Source: Chthonomonadales bacterium (lineage in GTDB: Bacteria > Armatimonadota > Chthonomonadetes > Chthonomonadales > CAJBBX01). Taken from it: a stretch of 64,000 bases of DNA. The notes beneath the pieces were generated by a model. The model worked only from the letters and a program-made list of their open reading frames with translations, was not told where the DNA came from and did not search any database. Position numbers and translations under genes: made by a program. The stretch spans positions 26,009 to 90,008 of the forward strand of contig JBMFSQ010000013.1 of the NCBI GenBank assembly GCA_049967475.1. The letters run 5' to 3'. Shown in pieces: positions 8,675 through 18,540 of this stretch. Position 1 is the stretch's first letter. Every line of letters starts with the position of its first letter.

Positions 8675-9577
8675 ATGAACGCAGAGGACCGCACGGAAAT
8701 GGGCTCCGGCCCTCCCGCCGATCCCAACCGCACCCAACCCATTCCTCCGCTGCCGGAAAGCGGACGCATCGAGGGCCAACCTCCCGCTTCGTCACAGAAC
8801 CTTCAAGAGGAAAATCTCCGCCTCGCCACGGAACTGGCCCGCAGAGGGATCCCGCCCGAAGAGATCAACCGCCTCCTTTCCCTCGGCGCCGCCCCCCACG
8901 CTCCGCAGGCGCCGGCGCAACCGGAACCCACGCAAGCCGCTCCACGCAAAGCCTTCCAACCCCGCCCCACCATCACCCTTCCGGAGTTTCGCCCTGTGTC
9001 CGACGCCGAGAAGGCCCAGGCGGATCGCCTGCTGATTCAAGCAAATATCGCGAGGCGCCGCAACCGATACACCGAAGCCGAACGCCTCTGCCGCGAAGCC
9101 ATTGAATATACCCCGTCAGACGCGGCAGCCCTGGAGCTGTACGGCGACATCCTCCAATCCATCGGCCGCGTGGACGACGCACTCTATGCCTACGACCGCG
9201 CCCGCACCGCCGACCCGAATCGCTCGTCCGCCGAAAGAAAGTACGCGCAGCTTACCCTCGCCCAAGAAACGGACATCCTCTCGGGCGCCGAAGGCGCTGC
9301 CCATCGAAACCCCTCCCTGGCCGTATTCCTCTCGGCGACCCTTCCCGGCGCCGGCCAGGTGTACAACGGGCAAGCTGCCAAGGGGCTGGCAATCGCTCTG
9401 GCAGAACTCCTGGCCGTCTACCTGTGGCTCTGGACACCCTTGCGCAATCCCACAGGGCATCCCAACCTTACCGCTGCACTCGTGGCCCTGGCAGCCGTAG
9501 TCTACATCTACGCTGTAGCCGACGCCAACATAGGAGCCCGGCAAGCCGGCAGGTCCAAATCGGGGTGGGAAGTGTAG
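8675..9577 (+). CDS. TPR-containing membrane protein with a C-terminal TM2-like segment
   Basis: TPR-like helices, then LPGAGQVYNGQ and two TM helices. Confidence 0.7.
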   Translation: MNAEDRTEMGSGPPADPNRTQPIPPLPESGRIEGQPPASSQNLQEENLRLATELARRGIPPEEINRLLSLGAAPHAPQAPAQPEPTQAAPRKAFQPRPTITLPEFRPVSDAEKAQADRLLIQANIARRRNRYTEAERLCREAIEYTPSDAAALELYGDILQSIGRVDDALYAYDRARTADPNRSSAERKYAQLTLAQETDILSGAEGAAHRNPSLAVFLSATLPGAGQVYNGQAAKGLAIALAELLAVYLWLWTPLRNPTGHPNLTAALVALAAVVYIYAVADANIGARQAGRSKSGWEV

Positions 9578-9601
9578 TTTCCCAACGCAGAGCCCACAGG
9601 G

Positions 9602-10378
9602 TCACGCCGGTTGGGCCGCCTGTACAGTGCCGTGTTCGATGCGGCCGTCTTTCAGGCGAATGGCCCTATGGGCGTACTGCGCCAGGCGCTCGTTGTGCGT
9701 TACCACCACAACAGTGACGCCGTGGGCGTTCACTTCGCGCAGCAGATGGATGATCCTTTCTCCGGTGACGCTGTCGAGGTTCCCGGTAGGTTCATCGGCA
9801 AGGAGCAGGCGGGGAGAGTTCGCCAGTGCCCGTGCGATGGCCACGCGCTGCATCTCGCCGCCCGAAAGCTCGGCAGGCCGATGGCTGCGCCTCTCCCACA
9901 ACCCGGTGAGGTGCAGCAGTTGCTCCACGCGTTGCCGGTTCCTCGTGCGGGCCAGCATCATAGGGAGGGCAACATTCTCTTCGACGCTCAGCGTGGGCAA
10001 GAGCCCAAAGTGTTGGAACACGAACCCAACCATGTCCCTCCGGAAGGCCGTGAGCTCGCGATCCCTCAAACACGTCAAGTCCCGCCCCGCGAGCCTCACC
10101 CTTCCGGAAGTCGGCCGATCCATCGCACCTATAATCTGCAGCAACGTGGTCTTTCCCGATCCTGAGGGCCCCGTTACGACAACGAAGGCGCCTTCCTCCA
10201 CACTCAGGGACACGCCGTCCAGTGCGCGCACTTCCTCCCGCCCCCGCCGGTACCATTTGCTCAATCCCTCGGCCTCTACAATCGGTTGCCGGATGGCGCG
10301 CCCCGTGCCGAGACCACACGGAGGGCCAGCCGCCGTTCCGGTGCGGAGCGCCTGCGTCCTTTCCTGCTCCATCCCCAT
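9602..10378 (-). CDS. ABC transporter ATP-binding protein (LolD/MacB type)
   Basis: GPSGSGKT, LSGGEMQRVAIARAL, LADEPTGNLD. Confidence 0.93.
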   Translation of the reverse strand: MGMEQERTQALRTGTAAGPPCGLGTGRAIRQPIVEAEGLSKWYRRGREEVRALDGVSLSVEEGAFVVVTGPSGSGKTTLLQIIGAMDRPTSGRVRLAGRDLTCLRDRELTAFRRDMVGFVFQHFGLLPTLSVEENVALPMMLARTRNRQRVEQLLHLTGLWERRSHRPAELSGGEMQRVAIARALANSPRLLLADEPTGNLDSVTGERIIHLLREVNAHGVTVVVVTHNERLAQYAHRAIRLKDGRIEHGTVQAAQPA

Positions 10379-10400
10379 GCCCCCTTAGACGATTTCACTC

Positions 10401-11576
10401 CTACAGAAGGTCTCGCATGGCGCTCGCCGGCGAGAGGCGCGCAGCCCTCCAGGCAGGAAGAAGTGCCGCACCGATACACAGAAGGCATACGGCACCGGTA
10501 GCTCCCAGCCCCACGTCCCAATCCAGCCGCACCAGCCCTGTGTGGGGTGCGAAAGGCAGCCGCGCGCGGAGCCAACCTTCTGCAGCCGCCGCAAACGCCC
10601 ACGCCCCGGCCACTCCCAGAACACACCCTCCCAAACTCAACGCCCAAGCCTCTCCTAGGACCAGCGCGAAGACCTGGCCGGGCGTGGCGCCCGCCGAACG
10701 AAGGATGCCGATCTCACGCGTCCTTTGGGACACCGCCATGAACATGGCATTGGCAACTCCCGTAGCGGCGCACATCACGGCAAGCACCGCCAAGGCGCCG
10801 AGAAACAGCCGCGTGCCGGTAACCACCCCGGACACACTTTCGAAGAGCCGGCTCACGGGGATCACATTCATATCCAGGCCCGCGTCGCACCCCCGCAATT
10901 GCGAGGCTACCGCATCGGCGTTCTCCGGCTGGTCCAGCCGCACCAAAATGTGCGTCAGGCGCCCAGACTTGTGGAACCAGCGGCGCGCATCGGCCAGCAA
11001 CACGTAAAGGAATAGATCGTCGGGCCCATCCAGCCGCTCCAAGATCCCGCTTATGCGCCCCCGCACCGAAGGCAATCCCGGCAATGAGATCGGCGTACCG
11101 GGCTTCCACCCGTGCTCTCGCGCAACCTGAGCCCCCGCCAGCACATCTCCGCATCTGGAGGGAAACGCTCCCACGATGCGCCAGCGCCGCTTCACCCGCA
11201 GTATGTCCGCATCTACGCCGCAATAGACATCTTGCACCCCGGACCGCTCCCCGTAGACCACGGCCATCAACACGGGGGCCGCCACCTCTACGTGGCGCAC
11301 CCTGCGCACGATCCCCAGGTAGTCCCCTCTCAGGTAGCATGGCCAGTTCGCCCCGTGCAGCGCCATGGATGCCGCATCGTAGGGACATCCTTTCGGCGTA
11401 ACGATAAGCTGGGCGCCCAGCCACTCGATCTCCTGCTTCACACCTGCCTCGTACCCCCGCGTGAAGGCGCCCAGGATCAGAGCGGCGCCCGACGCCAAGG
11501 CAACGCAGCATGCCGCAACGCCGGTGCGTGTGCGCGAGAGCAGAAGGCACGCAAGTACATACCGGATAGAGCTCAT
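10401..11576 (-). CDS. FtsX/MacB-family ABC permease
   Basis: N-terminal TM, periplasmic domain with GCPYDAA, RTREIGILRSAGA, LPAWRAARL. Confidence 0.88.
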   Translation of the reverse strand: MSSIRYVLACLLLSRTRTGVAACCVALASGAALILGAFTRGYEAGVKQEIEWLGAQLIVTPKGCPYDAASMALHGANWPCYLRGDYLGIVRRVRHVEVAAPVLMAVVYGERSGVQDVYCGVDADILRVKRRWRIVGAFPSRCGDVLAGAQVAREHGWKPGTPISLPGLPSVRGRISGILERLDGPDDLFLYVLLADARRWFHKSGRLTHILVRLDQPENADAVASQLRGCDAGLDMNVIPVSRLFESVSGVVTGTRLFLGALAVLAVMCAATGVANAMFMAVSQRTREIGILRSAGATPGQVFALVLGEAWALSLGGCVLGVAGAWAFAAAAEGWLRARLPFAPHTGLVRLDWDVGLGATGAVCLLCIGAALLPAWRAARLSPASAMRDLL

Positions 11577-11603
11577 ACCTCCCCCAAACCGCCGCACAAG
11601 ACC

Positions 11604-12761
11604 TCACGCACGCATCGCTACGGCAGGTGGTACGGTGGCAGCCCGCAAGGCCGGATAGATTGTGGCCAAGCCCGCCGCCGCGCCTAGACACAGTCCCGCC
11701 TCCAGCACCGGCAGTGCGGCTTGGAGATGCACCCCGGCGCCCGGCGCTATGCCGAGGAACGACGCACACGCTTCCAGCACGAAGCCCCCAGACGCGTACG
11801 CCAACACAAACCCCGCCAGGGCACCTGCGACACACAAAATCATCCCCTCCACGCCGGTAAGGAGAAATACCTGCAGCCGGGATGCCCCCACAGCGCGCAT
11901 CACGGCCAATTCCTGCGCCCGCTCCATTACTGAAGCCATCATCGTATTGAACACCGTGAGCGAAGCAATGACCAACGCAATCAATACCGCGGTCTCCGCG
12001 AAGCTTCGGGCGAGACTTAGAAGGTTGAGGAAGGTCCCCATTACCTCCGTGAGGGTCACCACCTGAGCGCCGCGGATCCGCTGCAGGCGTTCGGCGGCCT
12101 CCGTTATGGCAGCAGGATCCTTGAGGCGAATGGAGATGGCGGTGAGCCGTCCCTTTTGCCCAAAAAGCTTCTGGGCCGTGGGCAGCGGCACAAAGAAGAG
12201 ACTGTCGTCACTGCCGCCGGTGCGCAGAAACACCCCGCAAACCCGGAACACCTGCCCGGTGCGCGGATTGGCAAACAAGTCGCCGGGATGCCGCATCTCC
12301 GCCTGGGCTGCATCCCACCCAAGGATGATGCTGTCCGGGCTCGTGAACCACGTGGAACCGGCCCCCAGCCTCAACCACGGCTTCAGCCGAAGATAGGCGC
12401 CGTCAATCCCAACCCATAAATCGGTCCGCCGTTCGGCGTGGCGAGGGATGGCTCGCGATAGAACGGGAGCGGCCACGGCCACGGCGGGATCATGCCGCAC
12501 GAGGTCGAGTGCGGACGCCGGCAGCGAGGCGTCCAATGCTCTGCCGCGGGCAATCTGCGCAGCGGCATCGTATGGGCAGCCGATCGGAACCAGCATCAAT
12601 TCCATCCCGGTATTCTGCATCTCGCGCTGCAGGCTGCGGCGAAATGCGGCATCGCACATCAACACCGCAAAGAGCATCCAGGATGCGGCCGCCAGACCGC
12701 CCAGAGTCAGGAAGCTCCTCAAAGGCTTGTGCGCAATCGCCCGCAGCGCCAAAAGCAGCAC
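11604..12761 (-). CDS. FtsX/MacB-family ABC permease
   Basis: RSFLTLGG, GCPYDAA, ERAQELAVMRAVGA, YPALRAA. Confidence 0.88.
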   Translation of the reverse strand: MLLLALRAIAHKPLRSFLTLGGLAAASWMLFAVLMCDAAFRRSLQREMQNTGMELMLVPIGCPYDAAAQIARGRALDASLPASALDLVRHDPAVAVAAPVLSRAIPRHAERRTDLWVGIDGAYLRLKPWLRLGAGSTWFTSPDSIILGWDAAQAEMRHPGDLFANPRTGQVFRVCGVFLRTGGSDDSLFFVPLPTAQKLFGQKGRLTAISIRLKDPAAITEAAERLQRIRGAQVVTLTEVMGTFLNLLSLARSFAETAVLIALVIASLTVFNTMMASVMERAQELAVMRAVGASRLQVFLLTGVEGMILCVAGALAGFVLAYASGGFVLEACASFLGIAPGAGVHLQAALPVLEAGLCLGAAAGLATIYPALRAATVPPAVAMRA

Positions 12762-13406
12762 CTAGACCCCTCCCTGCAGCCTCCCCGTATGGAACCGCTC
12801 GGCGGCATACAGCTCCAAAAGGAGGGCGCGTATCTCCGCAGATACAGCCCGCGCCGTGTCCTCCGCTCCCGGGGACGCAGCAGGCAGATCCGCTCCAGGG
12901 CGAAACGCATCCTGGGCGCTCTTTCCCGCAAATGCCGCCAACCACTTCCCGGAAGCCAGAAGACGTCCTGAAGCGCCGACCTCACGGCTCCGCTGGATGC
13001 GGACCCCGATGATACGGCCCTTGGGATCCACGCCCACCACCACTTCTACCGCCCCGAAGCGACCCGGTGCCCTCCCCGTCACGATGCTTCCTACGAAGGC
13101 ATCACCACGGCGCACCCTGCGCACGTACAATACATTGGCCGGCAGCTCCGCCGTAGGACCGATCGCCTTTACCAACCACGCCCGGGCGCGACTCAGCACG
13201 AGGATCTCCGTTGAATAGGAAACCCCAGGTCCGAAAAACGCGCGGAGATCCCGCTCCGGATCGCGCCAGGGACAGATGGATGGAACCTGCGCATCGTCGT
13301 GGTGCACGGCATTCAGGACTTCGGCGGGCTTACCCAAGTTTCCAATCGCAACTATTGCCCAAGCTGCAACAACAACCACAGCCGCGGCTGCCAGGTAGAC
13401 GCGCAT
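12762..13406 (-). CDS. Membrane-anchored FMN-binding-domain-like protein
   Basis: N-terminal TM; GAVEVVVGVDPKGRIIGVRI...SRE...WLAAFAGKS resembles the RnfG/FMN_bind fold. Confidence 0.6.
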   Translation of the reverse strand: MRVYLAAAAVVVVAAWAIVAIGNLGKPAEVLNAVHHDDAQVPSICPWRDPERDLRAFFGPGVSYSTEILVLSRARAWLVKAIGPTAELPANVLYVRRVRRGDAFVGSIVTGRAPGRFGAVEVVVGVDPKGRIIGVRIQRSREVGASGRLLASGKWLAAFAGKSAQDAFRPGADLPAASPGAEDTARAVSAEIRALLLELYAAERFHTGRLQGGV

Positions 13407-13409
13407 CCG

Positions 13410-13751
13410 TCAGTACCGAACCCCATCGGCAGCCAGTACCGGTTGCCCCGATCCGGTCACCCGACCGCTCACCGTGACCACGGTATTGACAGGTACATCC
13501 GTCACCGTGAAACCCGCCGCCTTCGTGTCCACCTTGATCGCGCCCGTAGCGTCGCGCAGAATGAACCAGCAACCGGCCACAGGGCACTTCTCGACCATGG
13601 CGCCCCGTATGGTCACAGACCGGGGCGACGGCTTGAGGCGACTCACAGGAACGATGGGACCCGGATGCGGATGCCCCAATACCGCCGAACCGCCGAAGCT
13701 GCAGCCGCCCGCGACGGCCACAACCAGCAGAAGAAACGCTTTGTGCAGCAT
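13410..13751 (-). CDS. Small exported OB-fold protein with a CxxxGCW motif (DUF4920-like)
   Basis: Lipoprotein-like signal (VAGGC), EKCPVAGCWFIL, beta-rich. Confidence 0.6.
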   Translation of the reverse strand: MLHKAFLLLVVAVAGGCSFGGSAVLGHPHPGPIVPVSRLKPSPRSVTIRGAMVEKCPVAGCWFILRDATGAIKVDTKAAGFTVTDVPVNTVVTVSGRVTGSGQPVLAADGVRY

Positions 13752-13768
13752 TCCCGAACCCCCTTGCC

Positions 13769-14458
13769 CTACGGAACGGGCCCCACACCGGGCGCAGCAG
13801 GCGGAGAACATTGCGCGGCAATCATCGCCTCGGTGGCAAGCTTGGCATGGCCGTCGCAGAAATAAGCCACGCGCACGGGCCCGCCACTGCGATGAAACCA
13901 GTAACCGAAGGGATTGTCGCTATGCCACGAATAGATTTCCGCTCCCATGTACGTCTCGGCCGGAAGCGGGATTGCCGCAAGAGTGCCCAAACGCGTCATC
14001 ACCGTATTGAGGCAGTAACTGGTGCCCTCTACCTTCCATACGGGCCGACCTTGAGAAGGGTCATCCGGCACAAGCGCCGTCGGAATGCCGTAGTCGCTGG
14101 GACATGCGAAAATCTGGGTGTTCTTGATATAGGGCATCGCGAAGGGTCTCGGGTCGTAAGCGAGCCCCGTGTTCTTGTTCACCGGCCGGCATGGGCGGCA
14201 CGGAAAGCTGCCCGGCCGCAGGGCCCATTCGCCCGACGGCGCGTTGGGGGAATTGTTGGGCGGAAACGTCTCGTTGTTGTCCTGAACGTACATCATCCAG
14301 GCCATGCCGAGCTGCTTGACGTTGGATGTGCACGCCGTTCGCCGCGCGCTTTCACGGGCACGGGCGAACACGGGAAACAGGATTGCGGCCAAAATGGCAA
14401 TAATCGCAATCACCACGAGCAGTTCGATGAGGGTAAAACCGAAAGATCCTCTCCGCAT
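13769..14458 (-). CDS. Prepilin-type N-terminal methylation / H-X9-DG (DUF1559-like) protein
   Basis: [30 protein letters not shown]...CTSNVKQ...FCDGHAK. Confidence 0.9.
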   Translation of the reverse strand: MRRGSFGFTLIELLVVIAIIAILAAILFPVFARARESARRTACTSNVKQLGMAWMMYVQDNNETFPPNNSPNAPSGEWALRPGSFPCRPCRPVNKNTGLAYDPRPFAMPYIKNTQIFACPSDYGIPTALVPDDPSQGRPVWKVEGTSYCLNTVMTRLGTLAAIPLPAETYMGAEIYSWHSDNPFGYWFHRSGGPVRVAYFCDGHAKLATEAMIAAQCSPPAAPGVGPVP

Positions 14459-14611
14459 TCCAGCCTCCTCATTTGGAATAGGTCTCGGGTACTGTGTGGG
14501 CGATCCCTGGTACCCCTGTACCCGGCGCGGAGAGTATAACAGGTGGTTCTTAAATGCGGATTAATATAAGCTGAAATGTTTCTAATGCGCCGGACCGGGC
14601 CGTCTACGCCC

Positions 14612-15751
14612 CTAGCCCTCCCGGTCCCCCTCAGCCGACGTCATACCCTTGGGAAGGAAGTGCTGCACAAAGCGTCCCAGCGCATAGTGGTCCGTCATCC
14701 CTGCAATGAAATCGCATACGGCCTGAGCCCGGCGCTCTATATCCGCATGGCACAGAGACCCATCCCCTTGCATCTCGTTGGGATGGTCCATGTAATATCG
14801 GAACAGGTCACGCACAATTCGCCGGGCTTTCACCAGTTCGCCCATCCCGCGTGCAGGAGCGTGGTACACGCGTTCGAACAGAAACTCCTTCAATCGGTCC
14901 GTTGCAGCCAAAACCTCGCCGCTCATCCCCACATACGGTTTGCCGGCGCTCTGCCGGATCACGTCTAGGACCATGGTGGCGATGCGTTGGGATTGCGTGC
15001 GGCCCAAAAGTTGCACACAGTCGGCAGGCACATCGGCGGCAGCGAGGATACCGGCGCGAATGGCATCGTCCAGGTCGTGGTTCACGTATGCGATGCGGTC
15101 GGCGATGCGCACCACGCGCCCTTCCAGGGTAGAGGGAAGGGTGAGGGCCTCGTCATCCAGGTTCCGGCGGCCCTTGCTGTGCCGTGCGATGCCGTCACGC
15201 ACTTCCCACGTGAGGTTGAGCCCAGGGCGGCCGTTATGCGCTTCCAGCACCTCCACCACGCGCAAGCTCTGCTCATAATGCCGGAAGCCTCGGTTCGGTA
15301 CGTACTCGCGGTAGACTGCGTCCAGAGCCTCCTCACCCGCGTGGCCGAATGGAGGATGCCCCAGGTCATGCGCTAGGGCGATGGCCTCCGTAAGATCCTC
15401 ATTGAGGCGAAGCGCCCGCGCAATAGTCCGGGCAATCTGAGCCACCTCCAGCGTGTGGGTGAGGCGCGTGCGGAAATGGTCCTCCTCGGGGTCCAGGAAT
15501 ACCTGTGTCTTGGCCTTGAGGCGCCGGAAGGCCTTGGAGTGGATGATGCGGTCGCGATCCCGCTGAAACGCGGTGCGCACCGGGTCCGGCTCTTCCGGGC
15601 GCTTCCTGCCCCGTGAGCGCGCTGATCTGGCCGCCCACTCCGCCAGAAACTCCAGTTCCCATGCCTCCTGGCGCTCCCGCGGAGTAGGAGAAGCAAATCC
15701 CTCGGCGAAATCGGCCGGGGTGCCCGCATCTTCCATGCTGCAACGCTCCAT
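14612..15751 (-). CDS. dgt: Deoxyguanosinetriphosphate triphosphohydrolase
   Basis: RDRDRIIHS, KTQVF, RTRLTHTLEV, HDLGHPPFGH, DFIAGMTD. Confidence 0.92.
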   Translation of the reverse strand: MERCSMEDAGTPADFAEGFASPTPRERQEAWELEFLAEWAARSARSRGRKRPEEPDPVRTAFQRDRDRIIHSKAFRRLKAKTQVFLDPEEDHFRTRLTHTLEVAQIARTIARALRLNEDLTEAIALAHDLGHPPFGHAGEEALDAVYREYVPNRGFRHYEQSLRVVEVLEAHNGRPGLNLTWEVRDGIARHSKGRRNLDDEALTLPSTLEGRVVRIADRIAYVNHDLDDAIRAGILAAADVPADCVQLLGRTQSQRIATMVLDVIRQSAGKPYVGMSGEVLAATDRLKEFLFERVYHAPARGMGELVKARRIVRDLFRYYMDHPNEMQGDGSLCHADIERRAQAVCDFIAGMTDHYALGRFVQHFLPKGMTSAEGDREG

Positions 15752-15825
15752 TCGGGGCGAAACGCACCGGCGCCGCCGGCCTCACCGGCTATCCCTCGCG
15801 GCATCCCGCCATGTTCGGCGCCCTG

Positions 15826-16293
15826 CTAGCCCCGCATCCACTCTACGATCTGCCGCGTGTGGTACCCGTCATGCCCCAGAACCATCGCCGCGAGAGATCC
15901 GATGGTGATGATACCCGTTTCCCGCCGGCCTGTGCGGTCCCATTCTTCCGGTGAAAGAGCTTCCAAAAACCCCACCAGCGCATCCCGCCCGCGGCAAAAC
16001 CGATCTCGCTGCACCTCCGGGTCCGAATGGGCGTAGTCGTGGGCTGCTGCGAGCTCACTTTCATCCACGCCCGGCAGGAACGGCTCGGCTTCCGAAGCCA
16101 TCCGCCGCATTCGCTCGAGCCACACCACCTCGAAATCCGCCAAGTGGGCCAGGACCTCTCGAATCGTGAACCGTTCCGCATCGGGGCGGCGATCCAGCAC
16201 CGCATCGTCCAATCCCTGGGTGAGATGCTCCACCACGATGGGCGTCGCCCTCAACCCGTGCACAAGGTACGTACGCGTGGCGGACGGCAGCAT
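15826..16293 (-). CDS. DinB-family protein
   Basis: TIREVLAHLAD...GHDGYHTRQI. Confidence 0.82.
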   Translation of the reverse strand: MLPSATRTYLVHGLRATPIVVEHLTQGLDDAVLDRRPDAERFTIREVLAHLADFEVVWLERMRRMASEAEPFLPGVDESELAAAHDYAHSDPEVQRDRFCRGRDALVGFLEALSPEEWDRTGRRETGIITIGSLAAMVLGHDGYHTRQIVEWMRG

Positions 16294-16297
16294 GAGA

Positions 16298-18535
16298 TCA
16301 CCTCCGAATGTTGAAGTTCTTCAAGCCTATTCTACCTGAGCCGCCGGCCATAGGCGCCGCCTGCCGCACGATCGCCATGGAGTAGGCCCCCACCGTCACC
16401 ACGGGCCCGCGCACCATGCGCCGCGCCGGAGGACGGTTGCGTACAGGGTGGGACTGCTGCCCGCATTCGCGCCAAACGTACTGCCCGCGGCCATACGCCA
16501 GGATTTCCCACCGCCCCATAAGAGGACGCACCCCGCGGCGAACCGCATCCCGCACCTGAAGACGTATCTTCGCCGGGTGCCGCCTGTCCAGATTGATGAA
16601 CAGGAGCGACCAGCCGCCGCCCGGTCTTCTCAGCGCACATGCCTCCAAAGTGCAGCCTGACTGGGCGCCTGATCCGCGCGGACTTGGCGCCGGTCCCACG
16701 GCGCGGACCTCCACCGGGTATACCGCAAGCCTGGCCTTCGCCGGCGTAGCCCATGCCCTCGTCACGAGGCGGCAGGCCCAATACGCCGCTACCGGCTGCG
16801 TGGCGCGGCCGGCCCCATCCTCCATCCACAGCAGATTGTTCCCCCAGCTTCCGCCGGCGCGCCTATCCGATCCCTCTGCAATGAGTGTGTTCGGTTCCAG
16901 GCCGAAGAAATAAGCTCCAGACGCCCCCAGCCGCAGAAGACCGCACATCGTTTGAGCAGTAAAAAGCGCCCCGGCAACATCTACCTCCTGCCTGCACGCA
17001 AAGGCCGAATAACCGTACTCCGTTACGTACCACGGAATGCGCGCCGGAACTCCATCGGAAGCGAGCTGCCTCCACACCCGCTGGAGCAATCCCGCCCCGC
17101 CCAGAAGCTGGGTTGCCTCGTTCCGATGCACCTCATCGAAGGGGTACCATTCGAAGCTGAAGAACTGCAACTCCCCCAGGCACCCGCGCCTCTTCAGATA
17201 GGCCACAAAGCCGGCGATCCAACTCCGGGGTCCGTCCGGCGAGGGCCACTTGCGCACTTCACAGGTTACGCTTTCCAGGGACGGCCCTCCCACGGGGATG
17301 CCGGGAGCCGAAGCGTGGATCGCGCGGGCAAACTGCAGATAGAGCGCCCCATAATCTTCTGGCGCTACATACTGGTGGTCCGGTTCCTCACCCAGTTCCA
17401 CCCCACCGATGGAATAGCCCCTTCGCACCAGATATGCAACTTCGGCGGCGGCATCATCAGGGTTTCCATACAAAACAGAAACCGGCACCAGAAGCCTCGC
17501 TCCCGAGACCACGCCGCTCCGAGCCGCCAGGTCCAAGCCGGGCTGCTCCGAGTTGGGGTTTCGGTCCGCAGCCCGGCACCATGGATCGGTAGACGATACA
17601 AACGCTTCCGTTTGAAGGCGCGCAGACGGCGCATGCCGCACCGCGTCGCGCAGACGGCCCGAGCGCGAGAGTGTCCCGGCGCGGATCTCTCGAATGGCAA
17701 ATCCAACGCGATCCCTTGGGTCCTTCGCGGGCGGACCGGCGTACGCCGACGTCCACATGAGGATGCGCAAAAATCGGGTGCGGATCGGATGGCCGGCCAG
17801 GCGAAGCGTCACCGTGCCGCCGTGCCCTGTTCGCACATCGCCGCGAGGAAAGCAGATCCACTCCCCGCAATCGCTCTCGTCTGTGTCCTTCGGGCTCGCG
17901 TACCGCCAGTACTGAACCTGATAATGCACAGCGTGTGGCTCACCCCACGCAAGCGTCACTGCGTCAATAGGCGTGTCCCGCCCGAAATCCAGTGCCGCCC
18001 ATTGTGGGTGGACCGAGGCGTCCTCGTGGGTGAAGCACGTGTCCAGATAAGGGTTGCTCTTCCAGAATGTGTTGAGGTCGCCGTCATCCAACCGCGAATA
18101 ACCGCATCCGGCCGCCTGATCCTTGGTGTTCCCACGCCGCGGCAGGCGGTAGCCGAAGCTGATGCGGATCGCCTCGCCCGGTTGCTGCGATCCTACAAAG
18201 TACCCTTCGGAACGATGCGGGCTCGACCAAGCGCCCCGCGGGTTCCAGTGCCATGCCTCGCCCGCCAGCTCTGTCCGCAGGCGGTAGCTGAGACACCCGA
18301 AGCCCGCAGAACGCATCCGCGCAACGTTGGAAGCCGTAAAGATGCGGGCCGTGTCACCGGCTTCATGACCATCTATGCAGGCGCCGAAGAACTCCTGCGG
18401 CACGACCCAACGCACCGGCCCCTTCTCTGCGCAGATCGTCGCCCTGTACGACCCGGTTGCCGCCGAAGAAGCCTTACCCGGCATCCATGCAGTCGCCGCG
18501 AACAACAATGTTGCGGGCCAGAGCCTAATCGCCAT
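16298..18535 (-). CDS. Secreted clan GH-A-like glycoside hydrolase with an inserted discoidin (F5/8) domain
   Basis: Signal peptide at MAIRLW; LDDGDLNTFWKS...WAALDFG discoidin; ELGEEPD acid/base-like and VTEYG nucleophile-like motifs. Confidence 0.7.
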   Translation of the reverse strand: MAIRLWPATLLFAATAWMPGKASSAATGSYRATICAEKGPVRWVVPQEFFGACIDGHEAGDTARIFTASNVARMRSAGFGCLSYRLRTELAGEAWHWNPRGAWSSPHRSEGYFVGSQQPGEAIRISFGYRLPRRGNTKDQAAGCGYSRLDDGDLNTFWKSNPYLDTCFTHEDASVHPQWAALDFGRDTPIDAVTLAWGEPHAVHYQVQYWRYASPKDTDESDCGEWICFPRGDVRTGHGGTVTLRLAGHPIRTRFLRILMWTSAYAGPPAKDPRDRVGFAIREIRAGTLSRSGRLRDAVRHAPSARLQTEAFVSSTDPWCRAADRNPNSEQPGLDLAARSGVVSGARLLVPVSVLYGNPDDAAAEVAYLVRRGYSIGGVELGEEPDHQYVAPEDYGALYLQFARAIHASAPGIPVGGPSLESVTCEVRKWPSPDGPRSWIAGFVAYLKRRGCLGELQFFSFEWYPFDEVHRNEATQLLGGAGLLQRVWRQLASDGVPARIPWYVTEYGYSAFACRQEVDVAGALFTAQTMCGLLRLGASGAYFFGLEPNTLIAEGSDRRAGGSWGNNLLWMEDGAGRATQPVAAYWACRLVTRAWATPAKARLAVYPVEVRAVGPAPSPRGSGAQSGCTLEACALRRPGGGWSLLFINLDRRHPAKIRLQVRDAVRRGVRPLMGRWEILAYGRGQYVWRECGQQSHPVRNRPPARRMVRGPVVTVGAYSMAIVRQAAPMAGGSGRIGLKNFNIRR

Positions 18536-18540
18536 GCACC

